A stretch of 10,072 nt of DNA, from positions 1 through 10,072 of the forward strand of contig RQSC01001341.1 of the NCBI GenBank assembly GCA_013416795.1. The letters run 5' to 3'. The notes below the pieces were generated by a model. That model saw only the letters and a list, made by a program, of their open reading frames with translations. It searched no databases and was not told the DNA's origin. The position numbers and the translations under genes are program-made. Below, in pieces: positions 1 to 5,282 of the stretch (position 1 is its first letter; every line of letters starts with the position of its first letter). Origin of the DNA: Prasinococcaceae sp. CCMP 1430 (taxonomy: Eukaryota > Plantae > Prasinodermophyta).

Positions 1-57
1 GGCGGCCGCCGCGCGGACGCCGGCGGTGGTGCGCGCGGCGAGCGCGCGCACCAGCAT
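1..57 (-). CDS. 5' end of a probable gene running off the window; N-terminus MLVRALAARTTAGVRAAAA resembles a mitochondrial/plastid transit peptide
   Basis: ATG at 57 (plus cat 55-57) opens 19 codons to the edge, rich in Ala/Arg/Thr with no acidic residues. The gcgATG context is shared with the Mei2-like and WDR18 starts, and it is preceded by a purine-rich leader and a (GC)7 tract like the other genes. Only 19 codons are visible. Confidence 0.45.
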   Translation of the reverse strand, partial: MLVRALAARTTAGVRAAAA

Positions 58-201
58 CGCTGCGTTCGCCTTCCGTCCCTGCTTGTTCCTCCTCTGACCC
101 CCCCCTTCGGATGCCCCCTCTGGCGAACACACCTACCGACCCCGGCCCCCGAGGCACCTCAACACCCCTCCCCGTTACGGCAGCGCAGGCGCCTCGCGCG
201 T

Positions 202-215
202 GCGCGCGCGCGCGC
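202..215. repeat. (GC)7 tract inside a 21-nt alternating purine-pyrimidine run (195-215)
   Basis: Direct read: cgcgcgtgcgcgcgcgcgcgc. Confidence 0.9.
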
Positions 216-525
216 TCGCGAGAGGTGTGACCGGCGCGCGGCGGCGCGCTGACGGTGCGCAGCGCGCGCTGCCAGCAGCGCGCGCTCATCAGCCGTCTCG
301 GTCATACAATACCGGCGGGCGAGAGCAGCGACATGGCCCAGCCAGCCCAGCCTGGAAAAAGACCCCCAAAAGTGTGGTGTGTGATCCCACATCGCTCGCA
401 CGCGGTAGGCTGCCCTCGAGCTGGAGAGAGAGTGCGCTCTCAGCGAAGGCTGGCTGAACAAAAGGTTTGGGGTGAGCGCGGTGAAAGAAAGCGTGTCTGT
501 TTGAGGTGTATGAGGAAGGGTTAAC

Positions 526-530
526 TTACA
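526..530 (-). terminator. TGTAA chlorophyte-type polyadenylation signal of the kinesin gene
   Basis: Plus ttaca at 526-530 is TGTAA on minus, about 45 nt after the TAG stop, in an AT-richer 3' flank. UGUAA is the known poly(A) signal of Chlamydomonas and related chlorophytes. It is a single 5-mer, so chance is possible. Confidence 0.45.
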
Positions 531-550
531 CAAAACCTGCAGTCTGACTA

Positions 551-573
551 GTACCGTACAGTACTGCCTGTAC
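551..573. promoter_or_regulatory. Cluster of four GTAC cores (551, 556, 561, 570); candidate SBP-domain/CuRE-type element
   Basis: gtaccgtacagtactgcctgtac read directly; function is inferred only. Confidence 0.25.
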
Positions 574-2619
574 CTAGCAGGCAAGGACCGGCCGGTCCGC
601 TCCGAGCCGGCGCGCAGCGGTCGCCTGGGTCGCAGCCACACCCTTGGCGAGGGACAGAATATCCTGCTGCATGGCCGCCAGCGCGGAGAGCCGGCGCTTG
701 CGCCGCGGAGTGCCTGGCGGCGACCTCGCAAGCCTTGGCCTGCCTTTGAAGCCATCTATGCCTCGCTTGTTGTTGCCACTAGGGGACGACCGCCTCGCCG
801 CCGCCGCAGGTGCGCCACCAAAAACGCCGTCAGGCTGGGCGCTGCGCCGCGGGGCCATCACCTGCTTCTCAGATACAACATCCGGAAGCTCACGCACCAT
901 CGCCGCGTCGTCGAGCTTCTCAATCTGAGCGCAGGCCCTCGGCTTGCCGGCCTTGCTCCCGGCGCGTCCCTTCCTGCCCGCCGCTGGCGCAGCGGCAGCG
1001 TATGGTGACCCCCGGTGCAGCGAAAAGGCCTCTCGCGAGGCGCATGCTTTGCCCCCGTCGGTATCGTTGGCCGCAGGCGGCCTTGCCCTGCCCGCGTCGG
1101 CAGCCTTGTGCAGATTGCTGTCGCCAGCAGAACGAGGGCGTAGTCTCAGGTTGTCGCGGGAGCGCCGCACGACATGTAGCTGCTTCTGTTTGAGGACGCC
1201 AAGCGCCCGGTTCCTGGCAACTTCGCGGGGCTCCGGCGCCGACAGCGCCTTACGGCGTGCATTGCTGCGCGCGTTGGCCGCGCTTGAGGCCGTGCTCGCG
1301 GCGGCACCACCCTTCGGCCTCGCAACCACAGCCGCGGTCTCGATGCGACGCATTCGGTCGGCGTACCTCAGGGTTGAGAGCGACTCGGCGAAGGAGGGTG
1401 TGCCGGGCGCGAGCGTTGCTACCACGACAACCTTGGCATGGCCGTCCAGGGAGCGCTTGAGCAGCCATGTGAGCACGGAGTCGCGGTAGGGCACGTGCGG
1501 CCCGCCGAAGGATCCCGGTCTGCCGCCCGCAGCACCCGGGACCGCGCCCCGCACGTCAAGGGCGGAGCCCCGCCCCGAGAGCGCGCGCACGCAGTTCCCG
1601 AGCGCCGACAAGCCTTTGTTGATGAAGCTCCCCTCACGCAGCCTCGCCGATGCCTCCGACCCCGAGACGGCGGCACTGGCAGCGCCCGCGCGCTCGGATC
1701 CCGCGAGGTCCACGAGGTTGAGCGTCGAAACGCGCGTCTCACCTGTGGCGTTGGTGTACCCCACGCGGACGGTCAGCACCGTGTGCGCTCGGCTCGAGGC
1801 CACGTTGGCTGCCGTGGCGTGAACCGAGCGCCGCGCGAGGCCCTCTGCTAGCGTGGCCATCGCACGCCTGGCGCCTGCTCCAGACTGCGCCATGTCACCG
1901 CCTTTGCTCGTCTCCATGACCATGCGCTCTGTCAAGTTCTCGATGTACGGGCCGCGCTCCGGGCACTCGCGCACGCGCATGGGCGCGGCCGTGCCATCTC
2001 GCGCTCTGGTGCGCGCTGATTCGGACCCGTCGGAGCCGCTGCTCACTGGTGCGGGTCCCAACAGGTCCGTGATGCGCTCGTTGTAGATCTCGATGAGGCT
2101 CACCTGGAGGGTCGCGACGCCGCCACGCGTACCTGAGCCGAGGCTCGCGACCGCGTCGCACGCGTCCGCGAGCGCCTGCGGGACAAGGCCGGAGCATTCG
2201 GCGACGCCGAACATGCACGCCGTCTTGCCCGAGCCTGTCTGCCCGTAGCACATGGCCGTGCAATTGAATCCAGCCACCGCGTCCCTCACGAGCGGCCGCA
2301 CGTGGCGCGCATAAATGAGCGCTGGGCTCGGCGTGGCGCGTGTGGCCACCGCGTCGGAGGCAAACACCTCGTCGAAACGGAATCTGTGCGCGGTGCCGTC
2401 AGTGGGATCCGTCATGGTGATGCAGCCGCCGCCGTCAGCGCCCACCTGGCCCTCCGCTGCCGTCGCGCTCTCGGCGACCGAGCCTGTCGACACGGCCGCG
2501 CGCTGCGATACGTCGCGCTCGCGGGCCGTGAACGGCCGCACCCGGCACACGACCTTCACGCGCTCCGGTGCCTCCCGCTCCGCTTCGTCGCCGAGCGCAT
2601 GCGCCGCAGGCTGCCCCAT
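574..2619 (-). CDS. Kinesin-3-like (KIF1/KIF13/KIF16-type) N-terminal motor protein, ~681 aa, with a low-complexity basic tail
   Basis: Motor ~1342-2565: RVKVVCRVRPF, FRFDEVF, P-loop GQTGSGKT (2221-2244), EIYNE..DLL, VRECP..GPYIENL, switch I NxxSSRAH, switch II DLAGSER, INKGL, VPYRDSVLTWLLK and LSTLRYADR. The VPYRDSVLTWLLK and VRExP..GPY motifs are kinesin-3-like. Start placed at ATG 2619 (MGQP, 18 aa before the motor); in-frame ATGs at 2955 and 2964 would add ~115 aa of Arg/Ala low complexity. Stop TAG at 574-576. Confidence 0.9.
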   Translation of the reverse strand: MGQPAAHALGDEAEREAPERVKVVCRVRPFTARERDVSQRAAVSTGSVAESATAAEGQVGADGGGCITMTDPTDGTAHRFRFDEVFASDAVATRATPSPALIYARHVRPLVRDAVAGFNCTAMCYGQTGSGKTACMFGVAECSGLVPQALADACDAVASLGSGTRGGVATLQVSLIEIYNERITDLLGPAPVSSGSDGSESARTRARDGTAAPMRVRECPERGPYIENLTERMVMETSKGGDMAQSGAGARRAMATLAEGLARRSVHATAANVASSRAHTVLTVRVGYTNATGETRVSTLNLVDLAGSERAGAASAAVSGSEASARLREGSFINKGLSALGNCVRALSGRGSALDVRGAVPGAAGGRPGSFGGPHVPYRDSVLTWLLKRSLDGHAKVVVVATLAPGTPSFAESLSTLRYADRMRRIETAAVVARPKGGAAASTASSAANARSNARRKALSAPEPREVARNRALGVLKQKQLHVVRRSRDNLRLRPRSAGDSNLHKAADAGRARPPAANDTDGGKACASREAFSLHRGSPYAAAAPAAGRKGRAGSKAGKPRACAQIEKLDDAAMVRELPDVVSEKQVMAPRRSAQPDGVFGGAPAAAARRSSPSGNNKRGIDGFKGRPRLARSPPGTPRRKRRLSALAAMQQDILSLAKGVAATQATAARRLGADRPVLAC

Positions 2620-3287
2620 CTTTCCACCTTCCGCCCTCCCTTCCCCCGGCGGTTGCGTCTGCCGGAGGGCAATGCGCCGCGATGCCACTGCCGCAAACAG
2701 CCGCGCCGCCGTGGCTTCTCGCGCGCAGCCGAAGGCCCGCGCCCCTGCTGCTGGCCGCGCACTCGCGCCCTCCCTGCTGGCCCCAGCGCCCGCCCCCGAA
2801 GTTCCCCTCCAATCTTTCGCACTGCTGCCTTGGGCAGCGCGCGCGCGTGCTCGCCCGCTCGCCTCCCCCGCCCCTCGGCCCCGGCGCCCTCCCCTGCGCG
2901 CGTGGCGCGTGTGCTGTGCCGTAGCGCGTGCCGAGCACCGCGCCGCGCGTCGCATCGAAGACATCGCCGCTGCCGTGGGCTAACCGCCCCGCGCGCTGTC
3001 GGTGCCCGTTCGTCGTCCTCGCCTTGCGCCGGCGCGCGCGGGACACGCTCGATCGAGCGTTCCCCCGCGACCGCCTTTTTGCCGCGGAGAGCGCCCGCGA
3101 AAAGGCGCCGTCCGCAAAGCCATCGCGGTCCCGTGGATGTAGAGTATCAGGCGCGCGCGCGGCCCGCCGCGGACGTCGCGCTTCGCAAAGTTCTGCGTCG
3201 CGATCGTGCGGATTCCGAGCGCCCCCCGGCCGCAAATTGTTCCGCTGCGGGGCGAATACGCCCGCGGCAATCCGCCGATTCGGGTAC

Positions 3288-3295
3288 TTTCCCGC
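3288..3295 (+). promoter_or_regulatory. Canonical E2F-type site TTTCCCGC in the divergent kinesin/Mei2 intergenic region
   Basis: Exact match to TTTSSCGC; further matches at 3078-3085 and 3095-3102 (reverse). The GC-rich background inflates chance hits. Confidence 0.3.
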
Positions 3296-3900
3296 CGTCC
3301 GGGTGTACCCCCCCCTTCTGTTGGCGGGGCGGCGGCAGCGCAACGCCCGTTCGCGCGCGCGCATTCCATGGATGCGGATGAAATATAGGGCCGGGCGGGC
3401 GCGTGGGCGCAGCGCGTCGGCGCGCGCCGCGTGCCGCGGCGGCGCGCGCACACCTGGCGACCATCATCGATCAAGGCGGAGGCAGAAGCGCCGGCGCCCC
3501 GCCAGCGAGCACTGGCGCGGAAGATTTCATTCGGACGATTCGGGGTGTCTTACTGTACTTAGTTAGGGGATGTTTGCGTGACCGCGAATGAACCGGGATC
3601 ATCATCACGAGGTGCCCTGGTTCGACCTGGCCCACGGCCCAGGCAGGAGCCGCGGCCCCCCTCTCGCCCCCCTCCCACAAAAACCTCCCCGCTTTCCGCG
3701 GCCCGTGGTTTGGTTGGTTGGGGGGGGGGCGGTGGGCCCTGCGGCTGCGCGGGGCGACAGGCAGGACCGGCGGGCACAGCCCCCCGCGCTCCGCTCCGCG
3801 GGCCCCGGCTGTGGCTGGGCCCGGCCGCGGCCGCGGGATGTCTCGTGCTGTCGCCGAGCCGGCCATCCGATCCGGGGGCGCGCGCTCGCCCTGCGGGCGA

Positions 3901-3914
3901 GCGCGCGCGCGCGC
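3901..3914. repeat. (GC)7 tract, with a second (GC)6 at 3971-3982
   Basis: Direct read. Confidence 0.9.
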
Positions 3915-4236
3915 AGCGGCCGCCCTCGGATCACATCCTGGCTCTAGCGAACGAGTGCGCCCAGCAGCAGGCGCGCGCGCGCCGCGGTCGGTCGGCGCTG
4001 CGACACCCCCGTCCTCCCCGCCCCTCCTCTCCCCCCACGCACATCCAGCAGCGGCTGCGGCAAGAGACGGGGAGGGTGAGCGGAGCGCGCAGCGTCGATC
4101 GATCGACACCCTGGCCTGACTGCCTGCCGGCCGGGGAGCTCCCCCCACTCCCTCCCCCTCGCGTCGCTTGGTCCGTTTGTTTGTCTCTCTGGCTGTCTTT
4201 CTGTGGGTCGGTCGAAACACTCTCAGCTGTCCGCGC

Positions 4237-4268
4237 CCGAAAAGTGCGCGGTCCGAAAAGTGCGCGGT
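4237..4268 (+). repeat. Perfect 16-bp direct tandem duplication CCGAAAAGTGCGCGGT x2
   Basis: Units at 4237-4252 and 4253-4268 are identical. Confidence 0.9.
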
Positions 4269-4405
4269 GGCGCCTGGCTGGCGCCGCGCTGTTCCTTGTC
4301 CGCCTCGGTCGGTCGGGGTGCGTCGCGCGGTGGCGCGCCGATGGGCGCGCGCGATATCGGTGTCGCGCGACGGGAGCCGCGACGGGGCCGCGGGGGCCGG
4401 GACGG

Positions 4406-5102
4406 NNNNNNNNNNNNNNNNNNNNNNNNNNNNNNNNNNNNNNNNNNNNNNNNNNNNNNNNNNNNNNNNNNNNNNNNNNNNNNNNNNNNNNNNNNNNNNN
4501 NNNNNNNNNNNNNNNNNNNNNNNNNNNNNNNNNNNNNNNNNNNNNNNNNNNNNNNNNNNNNNNNNNNNNNNNNNNNNNNNNNNNNNNNNNNNNNNNNNNN
4601 NNNNNNNNNNNNNNNNNNNNNNNNNNNNNNNNNNNNNNNNNNNNNNNNNNNNNNNNNNNNNNNNNNNNNNNNNNNNNNNNNNNNNNNNNNNNNNNNNNNN
4701 NNNNNNNNNNNNNNNNNNNNNNNNNNNNNNNNNNNNNNNNNNNNNNNNNNNNNNNNNNNNNNNNNNNNNNNNNNNNNNNNNNNNNNNNNNNNNNNNNNNN
4801 NNNNNNNNNNNNNNNNNNNNNNNNNNNNNNNNNNNNNNNNNNNNNNNNNNNNNNNNNNNNNNNNNNNNNNNNNNNNNNNNNNNNNNNNNNNNNNNNNNNN
4901 NNNNNNNNNNNNNNNNNNNNNNNNNNNNNNNNNNNNNNNNNNNNNNNNNNNNNNNNNNNNNNNNNNNNNNNNNNNNNNNNNNNNNNNNNNNNNNNNNNNN
5001 NNNNNNNNNNNNNNNNNNNNNNNNNNNNNNNNNNNNNNNNNNNNNNNNNNNNNNNNNNNNNNNNNNNNNNNNNNNNNNNNNNNNNNNNNNNNNNNNNNNN
5101 NN
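4406..5102. other. Assembly gap (697 N)
   Basis: Run of n characters; ORFs spanning it in the track are artefacts. Confidence 0.99.
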
Positions 5103-5149
5103 GTCGAGGCGGCAGGCCGCGACTCCGAGAGACCGCGCGGGCGCGGCGA

Positions 5150-5171
5150 GCGCGCGCGCGCGCGCGCGCGC
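5150..5171. repeat. (GC)11 tract, the longest in the window, ending 112 nt before the Mei2-like ATG
   Basis: Direct read: gcgcgcgcgcgcgcgcgcgcgc. Confidence 0.9.
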
Positions 5172-5282
5172 CGAGGCGCGCGGAAGCTGCTGTGAGCAGC
5201 GCTCGGAACCAGACGCGGTGACGCCCGCGCCGGAGACCACAGCGGCAGCGGCGAGACAGCGACGCCGGCGCCGCCAAGCGCG

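Noticed and set aside
159-305. 48-aa ORF MTETADERALL... upstream of the gene at 57 (minus)
   Set aside because: Out of frame with ATG 57, largely (CG)n-encoded RARARA, and no homology. It could be a uORF but nothing supports that.
2620-2964. 115-aa N-terminal extension of the kinesin from ATG 2964/2955
   Set aside because: Arg/Ala low complexity with no homology. It contains the (GC)n tract and purine-rich leader typical of the other 5' flanks. Not excluded without proteomics or TSS data.
3559-3569. TTAGTTAGGGG telomere/telo-box-like sequence
   Set aside because: Single TTAGGG, not the AAACCCTA telo-box and not repeated
3614-3632. GGTTCGACC resembling a tRNA T-loop/B box
   Set aside because: The flanks do not form a T stem (CCTGG vs TGGCC), and there is no acceptor stem, D arm or A box
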